Shown in pieces: positions 46,493 through 56,724 of a stretch of DNA of 64,000 nt. The notes below the pieces were generated by a model. It worked only from the letters and a program-made list of their open reading frames with translations, had not been told where the DNA came from and ran no database searches. Location of the stretch: contig JAFNIV010000006.1 in NCBI GenBank assembly GCA_017601145.1, positions 479 to 64,478 of the forward strand. The letters run 5' to 3'. Position numbers and translations under genes: made by a program. Origin of the DNA: Candidatus Brockarchaeota archaeon. Its GTDB lineage: Archaea; Thermoproteota; EX4484-205; JAAOZO01. The first letter of the stretch is position 1; every line of letters starts with the position of its first letter.

Positions 46493-49400
46493 TTGAAGGG
46501 CAAAAGAAAAGCAATTGCACTTGTTCCAGCGGCAGGAATAGGAGCGAGAATGACTCCAGAATGGAATATAAACAACATAGAAAAAGAATATTTTCCAAAA
46601 CCTGTTATAAAAGAATTTGTAACTAAAAAAAGTTTACTTGAATTAGTAGTAGGAAACTTAAGGAAGTCAGGACTATTTGATGAAATTTATATAAGGGTTG
46701 GAATGAAGAGCTTGTTAAGAGATGAAGCTAGCAAGCCTAGTATAAAGCAAGAAGCAATAAAAAAACTAGTAAAGTTTATCGAAGAGAAAAAACTTGCAAA
46801 GATTTATTTTAACAACTTAGATGAAAGAGACGATGGAACTGGCTCAACTATTCTTTCTGAAGAAATAAAAGAGAAGGTGGGAAAGGACCTTAGCATAGAG
46901 GACATACTAATAATTTCTAGTGATCTTCCAGCAATAAGACCAGAGACAATTAGAAAAATACTTCAAGTCCACAAAGTGCAAAAGAATGATATAACATTAG
47001 TTTCAACCATTGAGAAAGATATATTCGGTCATGGGCGAATTGTAAGGTACCCTGTTATTTTAAAGGGAATTAAAGAAAAATATAATGAACTTTCAAAAAA
47101 GTCAATGAGGTTAAATAAATTAATAAAAAAGGGAAAAATGAAGATAGTGAAAATAGCTGAAGGGAAAGAACCATATTGGACAAACTTCTTAGCACTGTTT
47201 GAAGATGAAATAAAAAAGTTAGAGAAAGGAGAAAAAGTTATAAAGTACCATCCAATAAGAGGAATTATAAAAGATGATAAGATAGAATTAGATAATAACT
47301 TAGTAAGAAAAATTGAGGTAAAGCTTAGCAATGGGAAATTTTTTGAGTTTGATGAAAGAAGTTTAGAATTCTTAGGGGTCGTTGAACAAGAACAAATAGG
47401 AGTTAATGATGAAGAAATAAATAGCAGAACAGTAAGACTAAATAGATTTGAGCACGAACTTTCTTCTTCGTACATAAATTCAATAAAAGAAAGAAATGTA
47501 CTTTGTATGATAGTTTCTAGAGATATTTTACTTAATACTATAAGAGATATTGATGCAAAAGATGAAACAGAAAAAAAGATTGTCTTAAGAAAACACAAGG
47601 AGGAATACTTCCTTCCAGAAGTGGCGAATGAAGCTGTAAAGTTAGGAAAGAAAGTAGGAGTAGTGAAGATAAAAGAAAAAGAGGCAATTGGAATAGATAC
47701 TAGAACTGATTTAAGAATGCTTTCAACTCAGCTAAAAAGAAGAAAAGTTTTGATAAACAAGAACATTCTTAAAAAAATAAAGGAAGAGAAACTGATTAAA
47801 GCAAAAGAAGATGAACTACAGACGCTTGAGCAAGTTTTTGGAGTTAACATTTACCCTAACACGCGAATATTCTTCGATAATCATATTAGAACTTTCATTG
47901 AAAGTATTAAACTTCAACTTAAAAAAGAAGGTAGCACAAAGAGATTTTTTGAGAAGTATAGGGATACATTGAGAGAACAAAGGTATGAAGTGTTTGGGGT
48001 GAAAGAGAAAATTACATTTAGAGTTGGAGTTAACAGCTCATTTCTTGGAGTAGTTGCTTTAAGTGGGAATATTAACATAAAAAGTTTTTGCAAAATTGAA
48101 AACTGCTACTTAAAAAATGTAGAAGTTGGAGAAAACGTACACGTTAGCTCATCAATATTAGAAAGTTGCTTAGTAGAAGGAAGCTACGATAAAGTAATAG
48201 AAATAAAGAATAGAAAAGAAAAAGAACAAATTTTAGGAGAAGATATAAATGAAGAAATGGTAAGTCTCGAGGCTAAGCCAGTAAAAGTAAGTAAAGCAAT
48301 AGAAGAGTTAGAAAAAGGAAAGATAAAAGAATTGGAAAAAATCTATGGAGATAAAGAAGTTGCAAGTGAAAGAAAGGAAAAAATTCTAAAAACAATTAAG
48401 AAGTTCATAGAAATTTTTGGAGATGAAAAAGTAATAGTAGTAAGGATTCCAGGAAGGTTAAATCTAATGGGAAGACATATTGACCATAGAGGAGGGAGCG
48501 TTAACGTTGTTGCAATTCCAAGAGAAATAATTGCTGTAGTTTCAAAAAGAAGCGATGACGTAATAAATCTTTTCAATGTTGACCAACAGTACAAACATTA
48601 TTCCTTTTCAATAATGGAAGAATTACCTCCAACCAAAATAAAAGACCACGAATGGAGATCATGGACTCAAGATAGAATTAAAGGAAGAATAGTAGATTGG
48701 TACGATTATGCTAGAAGTATAGTGTTCTTTCAAAATATGTACAGATTTTCAGATGGTAACTTCATAAAGAAGATTAATGGAGCGAACATTGTTGTTTTTG
48801 GAGATATTCCTCAATCCGCTGGACTTTCATCTTCTTCTGCTTTAGTTGTTGCAGTAAATCTTGGGATTACAATATTAAATAAGTTGAGAATCTCAAAGAG
48901 GAGGTTTATAGAATGGTGTGGGATGGCAGAATGGATAGTTGGCACACGAGGTGGCCATGGAGACCATGCGGCGATAATGCTTTCGAAAAAAGGTAAAGTT
49001 GCAAATATAGCAAACATGCCTCTTAAGGTGAGTTATGTCAATTTTCCAAAAAACCTTTTAGTTGTTGTATGTGACTCACTAGTAAAAGCAAGAAAGTCAA
49101 GAGAAAGTAAGAGTAAATTTAATGAAAAAGTAGCAACATACGAAATAGCTTTACTCTTATTTAAGAAGAAATTTCCAGATTTTGAAGGAAAAGTAAAGAT
49201 GTTTAGAGACATTATTCCAGAAAACATAGGAGTAAAACTAGAAAACTACTATGAAATTTTGAAGGAAATTCCAGAATCTATGAATAGAAGCGAAGTAGTA
49301 AGCAACCTGAGCAAGAACAGCGAGTTCTTAAATACACTGTTCAAGGAACATGAAGAGCCAAAAGAAGGATACAAAGTAAGAGGAGTTATGTTGTTTGGGG

Positions 49401-49876
49401 TTTCTGAGATAGAACGTGCAAGAATAGCACCATTAATAATTAGTAAAGATCCTGTTAAGTTTGGAAATATGATGAATATTTCTCACAATGCAGATAGAGA
49501 ATATAAGTATATAAACAGAGAAAAAATAAGATGGAAAAATGACTGTAGCGAAGAATACCTTAACAACCTAGTAAGAAAGCTTAAGGAAAACCCAAATGAA
49601 GAAAGTTGTAAGTTGTATATGCAAAGTGGAGACTATGGTTGTGGAAATGAGAAAACAGATCTTATAGTAGATTTAGCCACTTCTGTGGAGGGAGTTCTTG
49701 GAGCTGAAATTGTTGGCGCAGGGTTAGGAGGAAGTGTAGCAATATTTTTAAAAAAAGAAGCATTAAGTAATTTAATGAGAAAACTTAAGGAAGAGTACTA
49801 TAAGGATGAATTACTAATGAAAAACTCTACTATAGCTTTTAAACCAATTGAAGGTGCAACTGTAATAAAGTTCTAA
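46493..49876 (+). CDS. 1127-aa fusion: GlmU/RmlA-like sugar-1-phosphate nucleotidyltransferase, an LbH-like segment, and a galactokinase-like GHMP sugar-1-kinase
   Basis: N-terminus: ALVPAAGIGARM, DDGTGST, EYFLPEV, GIDTRTDL. C-terminus: RIPGRLNLMGRHIDHRGG (galactokinase signature-like) and GDIPQSAGLSSSSALVVA (GHMP ATP motif). Long Lys/Glu-rich inserts. TTG start. Confidence 0.8.
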   Translation: MKGKRKAIALVPAAGIGARMTPEWNINNIEKEYFPKPVIKEFVTKKSLLELVVGNLRKSGLFDEIYIRVGMKSLLRDEASKPSIKQEAIKKLVKFIEEKKLAKIYFNNLDERDDGTGSTILSEEIKEKVGKDLSIEDILIISSDLPAIRPETIRKILQVHKVQKNDITLVSTIEKDIFGHGRIVRYPVILKGIKEKYNELSKKSMRLNKLIKKGKMKIVKIAEGKEPYWTNFLALFEDEIKKLEKGEKVIKYHPIRGIIKDDKIELDNNLVRKIEVKLSNGKFFEFDERSLEFLGVVEQEQIGVNDEEINSRTVRLNRFEHELSSSYINSIKERNVLCMIVSRDILLNTIRDIDAKDETEKKIVLRKHKEEYFLPEVANEAVKLGKKVGVVKIKEKEAIGIDTRTDLRMLSTQLKRRKVLINKNILKKIKEEKLIKAKEDELQTLEQVFGVNIYPNTRIFFDNHIRTFIESIKLQLKKEGSTKRFFEKYRDTLREQRYEVFGVKEKITFRVGVNSSFLGVVALSGNINIKSFCKIENCYLKNVEVGENVHVSSSILESCLVEGSYDKVIEIKNRKEKEQILGEDINEEMVSLEAKPVKVSKAIEELEKGKIKELEKIYGDKEVASERKEKILKTIKKFIEIFGDEKVIVVRIPGRLNLMGRHIDHRGGSVNVVAIPREIIAVVSKRSDDVINLFNVDQQYKHYSFSIMEELPPTKIKDHEWRSWTQDRIKGRIVDWYDYARSIVFFQNMYRFSDGNFIKKINGANIVVFGDIPQSAGLSSSSALVVAVNLGITILNKLRISKRRFIEWCGMAEWIVGTRGGHGDHAAIMLSKKGKVANIANMPLKVSYVNFPKNLLVVVCDSLVKARKSRESKSKFNEKVATYEIALLLFKKKFPDFEGKVKMFRDIIPENIGVKLENYYEILKEIPESMNRSEVVSNLSKNSEFLNTLFKEHEEPKEGYKVRGVMLFGVSEIERARIAPLIISKDPVKFGNMMNISHNADREYKYINREKIRWKNDCSEEYLNNLVRKLKENPNEESCKLYMQSGDYGCGNEKTDLIVDLATSVEGVLGAEIVGAGLGGSVAIFLKKEALSNLMRKLKEEYYKDELLMKNSTIAFKPIEGATVIKF

Positions 49877-49943
49877 CTAAGTAAAAACTGTTAAACTTAA
49901 AAGAATAAAAAACTAATAAAATATAGATAACGTAACGGGAAGC

Positions 49944-51392
49944 TTAGTTACTATGACAAACTTTTTGTGTCACTATTAGCGCAGTTGAAATTGCTCTCAA
50001 GAAACCATCAGAGGGCCGATTCTTTACTTCGTTGTTTAAGATTAAAGTTGAAGAACCTCCTCCATCTAAGTTAATAGCATTTTTACACCCAATTTCCTTC
50101 AATATTGTTATTAACTCGTCTAAAGTTGCTCCTACGCTATACCTCTCTTCTGGATTTAGCTTTGTTTGTCTATCGTCGTCTACAGTAATTAACAAGATTT
50201 TATCTTCAGAAGTTGCAAAAACACTTCTTGGAGCCCTTATGTTAAACTTAATTCTTGATGGTGGAATTCCTTCCTTAAATTCTTCCTCATACTTCACTTC
50301 CTTACCATCTTTTAGAAGTATTGGACCTGCTGAAAGTCCATGAACAACTCTTTCTCCTTCAAGTTTTTCTATACCGTAAACAATACTGCTTATCTTTGTT
50401 TCTTTTGTTTCACTTATAATTCTTCTTGCCAAATTTTTATCTTTTACTAAAATTATGAATCCATTCCTTGGAACTTCTACTTCTTTTTCTTCTGTGATTT
50501 CAACAAGATTTCTTCCTACAACGACAAACTTTATTCCATCTTCACTTAAATTTCTAGCATAACTTAATGTATATAAGGATACTTCGTTTTCAGAATTTAG
50601 TTTAACTTTTATTTCTGAACTGTTTTCTTTAAAACTAAATTTTGTTTTTCCAATTTTTATAGTTAAATCTAAAACTGATAACGTATCAAGATACACACCT
50701 TCTTCAGATAATAGGATTGTTCCTCTTCTAAAAATTGGTGGATTAATTATATGTTTGTCGATCATAATTAATCCAACAGGATCATTGAAAGCATCATACT
50801 TACTTATCTCTTCAGGAAAGTTTAAGAAGTAACCTCCATTTATTCCAGCTATAGCATTGTTCCTTTTCACCATTTCCATTAAATTTTCGTACCCACTACA
50901 TAAAGTAATCGGAAGTGTAGGCTCTACGATTTGTTCTTTTTCTTGACTTTCGCTAAAGTAAATCATTTTGTCTTTTAATTCTTTAAGTAGCGCATCTTCT
51001 TGTAGCATAGTATTCATTAACTTAAAATCATCTTTCTTATGATCGTAAACTAGTTTCTTTCCTTTAATGAATTTCTTTACTATTTCAATGCCATATAGAT
51101 CCTTACTTAGTATGATTCTGTGACTTCCTTCTTCAATAAAAGTATTCTTATCTTCTTTTGAGATAACGAGAACGTTATCTTTGCTTTCTAGTCCCCTAAT
51201 TCCAATTTTATCAGCTGTAGCTATTCTCCTAAGAGAGTGAGCAACTTGAATAAGTTCTTCCTTTTTCTCTGGAACTTTTGCTTGTAATGGCTTTATCTCG
51301 AGTCTTTTTAGTTCACTAAAGCTTATTTCAACTACATGTACCACTCTTTTTCCAAATTCACTTTCAAATGTTCTCCTTTTGTAGCTTACCAT
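49944..51392 (-). CDS. Phosphodiester glycosidase family protein (NAGPA/DUF2233-like)
   Basis: AGINGGYF and NLDGGGSSTL motifs in the C-terminal half. 482 aa. Confidence 0.65.
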   Translation of the reverse strand: MVSYKRRTFESEFGKRVVHVVEISFSELKRLEIKPLQAKVPEKKEELIQVAHSLRRIATADKIGIRGLESKDNVLVISKEDKNTFIEEGSHRIILSKDLYGIEIVKKFIKGKKLVYDHKKDDFKLMNTMLQEDALLKELKDKMIYFSESQEKEQIVEPTLPITLCSGYENLMEMVKRNNAIAGINGGYFLNFPEEISKYDAFNDPVGLIMIDKHIINPPIFRRGTILLSEEGVYLDTLSVLDLTIKIGKTKFSFKENSSEIKVKLNSENEVSLYTLSYARNLSEDGIKFVVVGRNLVEITEEKEVEVPRNGFIILVKDKNLARRIISETKETKISSIVYGIEKLEGERVVHGLSAGPILLKDGKEVKYEEEFKEGIPPSRIKFNIRAPRSVFATSEDKILLITVDDDRQTKLNPEERYSVGATLDELITILKEIGCKNAINLDGGGSSTLILNNEVKNRPSDGFLRAISTALIVTQKVCHSN

Positions 51393-51539
51393 TTTTACAA
51401 AGGCTAGTTTATCTTTTAGTTTAGTACATAAATAAGTTTTTCAGCTTTAAATACGATTTGCAAACCAAGAAAAATAATTTTAAGCATAAATAGGAGAACG
51501 TTAAAGTTGTAGAAGAAATTTGTATCCTTATACAAAAAT

Positions 51540-52199
<660 letters not shown>

Positions 52200-52329
52200 T
52201 TATTTTAGTACTCACGCAAAAATTTAAAAAGTAAGTAAATTTAATACTAGATTAACTTAATCAACCTATATATTACTTTCACACAATTTAAAACAAAACC
52301 TTCTTATAGAATTTTTTAACTAAGGCAGT

Positions 52330-53343
52330 TTAAACTTTTACTGGAATGTTTCGCTTATTAGATTCTAGAATGGATTCTATAATTTTTGTTACTTTTAGGC
52401 CATCATCCCCAGTCACAGGTGGAGTTTTACCACTTTGAACTGAATCTAATAAAGCTTTTAATCCATCTTTAACAAAAGTTATAGTATCTTCATCTATGTT
52501 TCTCAAAATATCTGGCATCTCATATTTGTCATAGGTTATCTTCTTAAGCATACCATGATGAGACCTGTCTATTCTTATAGCACCCTTTTCTCCAATGAGG
52601 TCTAACTTAAAATCTACGATGAATGGTTCACCTTGAGGCAAGACCCAACTATTTTCTATTGTAGCAATACTTCCATTCTTAAACTGTAGGATTGCTTGAT
52701 AAGCATCAGCAGTCTCAATGCCTTTCTTTACAAGTAGTTTACTAACTCTCTTACCATAGACTTCTTCAACTTCATCTTCGAAGTACCAAAGTAGTAGGTC
52801 AATGATATGACTGCCTAAAAACCAAAGTGTATTTGTTTTTGAAGACCATTTTATCATTGAAGTTGGAACATATATTGTATCATTCAGCCTAGAGTAGGCA
52901 TGCAGTATTTCCCCAATTTCTCCTTTTTCTACATAATCTTTTGCTATTCTAAAGGCTGGACTCCACCTATTACTAAAATTAACCATCAAGTAAACACCTT
53001 TCTTCTTTGATTCATTAACCATTTCTTCAGCTTCTTTTGAAGAAGTCGCCATTGGTTTTTCCACTATGGTATGTTTTCCTGCTCTTAACGCAGCCATTAC
53101 GAATTCATGGTGCATAAAATCAGGAGTGCAAACCGAGACAACATCTATTTCACTGTCATTAACTAAGTCAAGATAGTTGGCATATACTTTTTGAATGTTG
53201 TATTTTTCTCTTATTAATTTTAGTCTTTCCTCATTTGAATCACAAATGGCAAGAACTTTTGCACTTGGTATACTTCTAAAAGCTTTTATTTGCGTTTCAC
53301 CTTGAATGCCTAAGCCTATTATTCCTACTTTTAACTCACTCAT
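52330..53343 (-). CDS. Gfo/Idh/MocA-family oxidoreductase
   Basis: VGIIGLGIQGETQ Rossmann segment and a VEKPMA motif. 337 aa. Confidence 0.85.
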   Translation of the reverse strand: MSELKVGIIGLGIQGETQIKAFRSIPSAKVLAICDSNEERLKLIREKYNIQKVYANYLDLVNDSEIDVVSVCTPDFMHHEFVMAALRAGKHTIVEKPMATSSKEAEEMVNESKKKGVYLMVNFSNRWSPAFRIAKDYVEKGEIGEILHAYSRLNDTIYVPTSMIKWSSKTNTLWFLGSHIIDLLLWYFEDEVEEVYGKRVSKLLVKKGIETADAYQAILQFKNGSIATIENSWVLPQGEPFIVDFKLDLIGEKGAIRIDRSHHGMLKKITYDKYEMPDILRNIDEDTITFVKDGLKALLDSVQSGKTPPVTGDDGLKVTKIIESILESNKRNIPVKV

Positions 53344-53487
53344 CTCTTTACATCAACGTTAATATAGATAAGAATATAAAGTTAAGCCCTAACTATGAAG
53401 AATTTAGATTTTCATCTTAATGATGAGTTAAAGTGTTTGTCAAGTAAAAGTAAAATTTTATAAAGACGAAAACAAACTTAAAATAAA

Positions 53488-55287
53488 ATGAAGACTAGGA
53501 AAAAATTAGAGGAGAAAAAAGTTTCTATTTCACCAGATGGAAAAGAGTTTCCATTACCATCAAAGGAAGATTATGAAAACGAAGTAAAAAAAGTAAGAGA
53601 ACTTGCAAAGAAGGCAAAAGATTTAGGGAATCAAGTTGTAGTTGTTCAAGGGCTTGGATTTGTTGGAGCTGTAATGGCGGCAATTGTAGCTCAGGCTGAA
53701 AAAAAGTTTGTAATTGGCTTACAGAGAGCTTCTAAACGTTCATACTGGAAGATTCCTTATATAAATCAGGGAATTTCTCCAATAGAGTCAGAGGATCCAA
53801 AGGTAAAAGAAATAATAAAGAATGGAATAGAGAAAGAGAAACTCTATGCTACTTATGTAGAGGAAGCCATCTCTCTTGGCGAAATAGTGATTAGCGATAT
53901 CCAGTGTGATGTAAAGAAGCTAAGGTTTGGGAACTCTAGGGTATTTACTGTAGAAATTGAGCCATTTATAGAAGCTTCAAAGGAAGTTGCTAGTTTAATA
54001 ACTCCAAGTTCACTTTACTTGATTGAAACTACTGTACCGCCAGGAACTTCAGAATACATAGTAAGACCGATTTTTGAAGAAGCATTTAAAAAGAGAATAG
54101 TAGACGAGCTAAGAAATCTAAAGAAGAAAAACTTAGATGAAGTAAGAGAATTAGTAAGAAACTCTGATTTCTTACGAGAAGTTGAAGAAGAAGTTGTTAG
54201 TTATGTTGAAAGCCCGATGAAAGAAAAAGAGAAAGAAATAGTGCTAAAGGCTTTTAGGAACCACAGACCAAGAATCGCTCATTCTTATGAAAGAGTAATG
54301 CCAGGAAGGGAATATGTTGATTCAGTAATAAACTTTCCAAGAGTATTTTCAGGAGTAGATGAAGTTTCAGCAACTATGGCTCAAAAATTCCTTTCTGAAG
54401 TTCTTACTGGACCGAATGCAAAACTTACGAGGCTAGCAACACCTACAGACTCTGAATTTGCGAAGTGCGCAGAAAATACCTATAGAGCTTCGATAATAGC
54501 CTTAGGAAGAGCCCTAGGCAGAATGGCGGAAATAATGAACGTTGACTTTTCTGAGGTTGTTGATGCTATAAAAATAAGACCAACACATCGTGACATAATG
54601 GTTCCAAGAACGCCTACAACGGGAGGCTATTGTTTACCAAAGGATCCTCTCTTTCTACTGTGGTCTTTGAAGAACATCCCAGAATTTAAGGAGAAGCTTA
54701 GTAAAGAAAATAAAGAAGCTTTGAGAAGGGTAATGAACTTAATTTCCTTAATAGTAGACATTAATGACACAGATGGAATACACGCAGTAGAGCTTGTCGA
54801 AAGAGAACTAAAGAAAATTGGAAAAAAACTAAAAGTAAGTAAAGTTTTAGTTGCAGGCGCTTCCTATAGAGAAGATGTTGCAGATACTAGGTATGCATCC
54901 TATGAAACAATAGTTAGGTACTTAAGGGAGAAAGGAGCTGAAGTTTCTGTCACTGATCCTTACGTAAAGTCACTTCCAGAACTAGAATATCAAGAAGAAG
55001 ACAAGTATTCATTAGCAAAATTCTTCGCGAGACAAAGAGAACTTAAGTTTTTGAAGGTAAATGGTTCATTTGAAGAAGCTGCCAAGGGTGTTGACGCAAT
55101 AATATTTGCAGTTCCTCATGAGCCTTATAAGAAACTTACTCCAGAAAAAATTTGCAGTGCTACCGGAAAACCACCACAAGAAATCGTAGTTGTGGATTGT
55201 GGAACTTTTAACAAAGAACAAGCAATTAGTATGATTAGCTATGGACTAAACTTTGAAAAGATGTATCATGGGAATTTTAAAAAATAA
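53488..55287 (+). CDS. Nucleotide-sugar dehydrogenase (UDP-glucose/GDP-mannose dehydrogenase family) with internal insertions
   Basis: VVVVQGLGFVGAVMA NAD fold and the catalytic-Cys motif GGYCLPKDP. At 599 aa it is longer than I would expect for this family. Confidence 0.8.
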   Translation: MKTRKKLEEKKVSISPDGKEFPLPSKEDYENEVKKVRELAKKAKDLGNQVVVVQGLGFVGAVMAAIVAQAEKKFVIGLQRASKRSYWKIPYINQGISPIESEDPKVKEIIKNGIEKEKLYATYVEEAISLGEIVISDIQCDVKKLRFGNSRVFTVEIEPFIEASKEVASLITPSSLYLIETTVPPGTSEYIVRPIFEEAFKKRIVDELRNLKKKNLDEVRELVRNSDFLREVEEEVVSYVESPMKEKEKEIVLKAFRNHRPRIAHSYERVMPGREYVDSVINFPRVFSGVDEVSATMAQKFLSEVLTGPNAKLTRLATPTDSEFAKCAENTYRASIIALGRALGRMAEIMNVDFSEVVDAIKIRPTHRDIMVPRTPTTGGYCLPKDPLFLLWSLKNIPEFKEKLSKENKEALRRVMNLISLIVDINDTDGIHAVELVERELKKIGKKLKVSKVLVAGASYREDVADTRYASYETIVRYLREKGAEVSVTDPYVKSLPELEYQEEDKYSLAKFFARQRELKFLKVNGSFEEAAKGVDAIIFAVPHEPYKKLTPEKICSATGKPPQEIVVVDCGTFNKEQAISMISYGLNFEKMYHGNFKK

Positions 55288-55343
55288 AATAAGAAGAAGA
55301 CTTAAATAGAGAAAAATTCTGGCTCTCAGTTGGGTGGCCGAAG

Positions 55344-55442
55344 ATGCCAAAGAAGAAGAAAGAAGAAAAGAAGAAAGAAGAGAAAAAAGAAGAAACGGCT
55401 ACTCAACCAACTCAGCAACAACAGACCCAAGAGAAGAAATAA
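55344..55442 (+). CDS. Possible 32-aa Lys/Glu/Gln-rich micro-protein (MPKKKKEEKKKEEKKEETATQPTQQQQTQEKK)
   Basis: ATG preceded by GGGTGG 7 nt upstream and followed by oligo-T tracts. It lies in a ~50-nt polypurine tract. There is no homology evidence. Confidence 0.25.
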   Translation: MPKKKKEEKKKEEKKEETATQPTQQQQTQEKK

Positions 55443-55465
55443 AAATAAAAAAATAAAGTAAAAAC

Positions 55466-55491
55466 TTTGTTTTTTATTTTTTGGTGTTTTT
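55466..55491 (+). terminator. Oligo-T tracts (T6, T6, T5); a plausible archaeal terminator
   Basis: CTTTGTTTTTTATTTTTTGGTGTTTTT lies downstream of the dehydrogenase and the micro-ORF. Confidence 0.4.
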
Positions 55492-55664
55492 AGCTATTTT
55501 CAGAAAGAACCTTTTGTGAAAAATGATAAAAAAGATAGTTCTCTAAATGTAGTTAAAAAATTTTTAAACAATAGTTATATAAGTATAAAATAAAAGTAAA
55601 AAGAAAATGTTTTTTCAATAAATTATAATTATTTTTGAGTTTAAAATCTTAAAAAGAACTATTT

Positions 55665-56723
55665 TCATGGCGTAGAAACCAATGAAACTAAATTACAATT
55701 TTTAATTTTTAATTTAATTCTTCTTCCGATTAGCTTTTTTAGTTCATAGAACTTATCTATTTGATCTAAATAAACTTTAATTTTATTGGAATTCAATCTT
55801 GCTTTGAGTTGGATATAGTCTTTAGCCAAGCTTACAGCTTCTAACGTAGCTTCAAATCCACTCTCTGAAGAAAGTTCAAGATTGTTTGGCCTAATTAACA
55901 CTTTTACGTCTTTATCCAGTACTTTCTTATTCATCTTAACCTTAAAGACGTAATCACCTAGCTTTAAGAACAAATAATCGTTTTCAGAACTAACAACGTT
56001 TACAGTCAGTATGTTGCTCATTCCTAGCAATTTTGCTGACTTTTCAGAACAAGGTTTTGAAAGTACAGAAAAAGTTTCATTAAAGCAGTCAATTTTACCG
56101 TCTATTAAAGTAGCAATGTAATCACTTAGTACTGCAGCTTCGTACTCATCATGGGTAACATAGATCGTTGTTACATTAAGTTTTCTTTGAATTCCTTTCA
56201 ATAAGTCAACTAGCTCATCTTTTAAAGGCAAGTCTAATGAAGTAAAAGGTTCATCCAGAAGCAGCAGCTTAACATCTGGAGCTATTGCTCTTCCTATGGC
56301 AACTCTTTGCTGCTGGCCACCACTTATTTGAGAAGGTAACCTATCTTCTAAGCCATTTAACTCTAGCATGTTAACTATTTCATTCACACGAGACTCAATT
56401 TTTTCTCTTGATATGTTTCTTGCAACTAGAGAATATGCGATGTTCTCCTTTACAGTTAAGTTTGGGAAAAGAGCAAGATTTTGAAAAACCATGCCTACAT
56501 TTCTTTTTTGTGGAGGTACGGCATTAACGTTTTTATCATCAAAGTAAACATCTCCAGAATCCTGTTTTGTTAGGCCAGCTATTATCCTTAATAGAGTTGT
56601 TTTTCCAGCACCACTTGGACCTAGTAACGCTAATAGCTTACCACTTGGAACTTCAAAACTTACACCGTTAAGAACTTTTACTTTGCCATATGATTTTTTT
56701 AGATTAACAACTTTAATCTTCAT
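55665..56723 (-). CDS. ABC importer ATP-binding protein (PotA/FbpC/CysA-like, with a C-terminal regulatory domain)
   Basis: Walker A GPSGAGKTT, signature ISGGQQQRV, Walker B LLLDEPF. 352 aa. Confidence 0.85.
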   Translation of the reverse strand: MKIKVVNLKKSYGKVKVLNGVSFEVPSGKLLALLGPSGAGKTTLLRIIAGLTKQDSGDVYFDDKNVNAVPPQKRNVGMVFQNLALFPNLTVKENIAYSLVARNISREKIESRVNEIVNMLELNGLEDRLPSQISGGQQQRVAIGRAIAPDVKLLLLDEPFTSLDLPLKDELVDLLKGIQRKLNVTTIYVTHDEYEAAVLSDYIATLIDGKIDCFNETFSVLSKPCSEKSAKLLGMSNILTVNVVSSENDYLFLKLGDYVFKVKMNKKVLDKDVKVLIRPNNLELSSESGFEATLEAVSLAKDYIQLKARLNSNKIKVYLDQIDKFYELKKLIGRRIKLKIKNCNLVSLVSTP

Positions 56724-56724
56724 T

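Noticed and set aside
47029-49227. Minus-strand ORFs 47029..47598, 48343..48594, 48811..49017 and 49033..49227
   Set aside because: All lie antisense inside the 1127-aa fusion gene. Their Ser/Phe/Leu/Ile-rich translations are typical mirror frames of Lys/Glu-rich coding sequence.
55349-55400. Polypurine AAG/GAA tract as a microsatellite or CRISPR-like repeat
   Set aside because: The repeat is imperfect, with no fixed period and no spacers. It is adequately explained as Lys/Glu codons of a possible micro-ORF or as a simple low-complexity purine tract.
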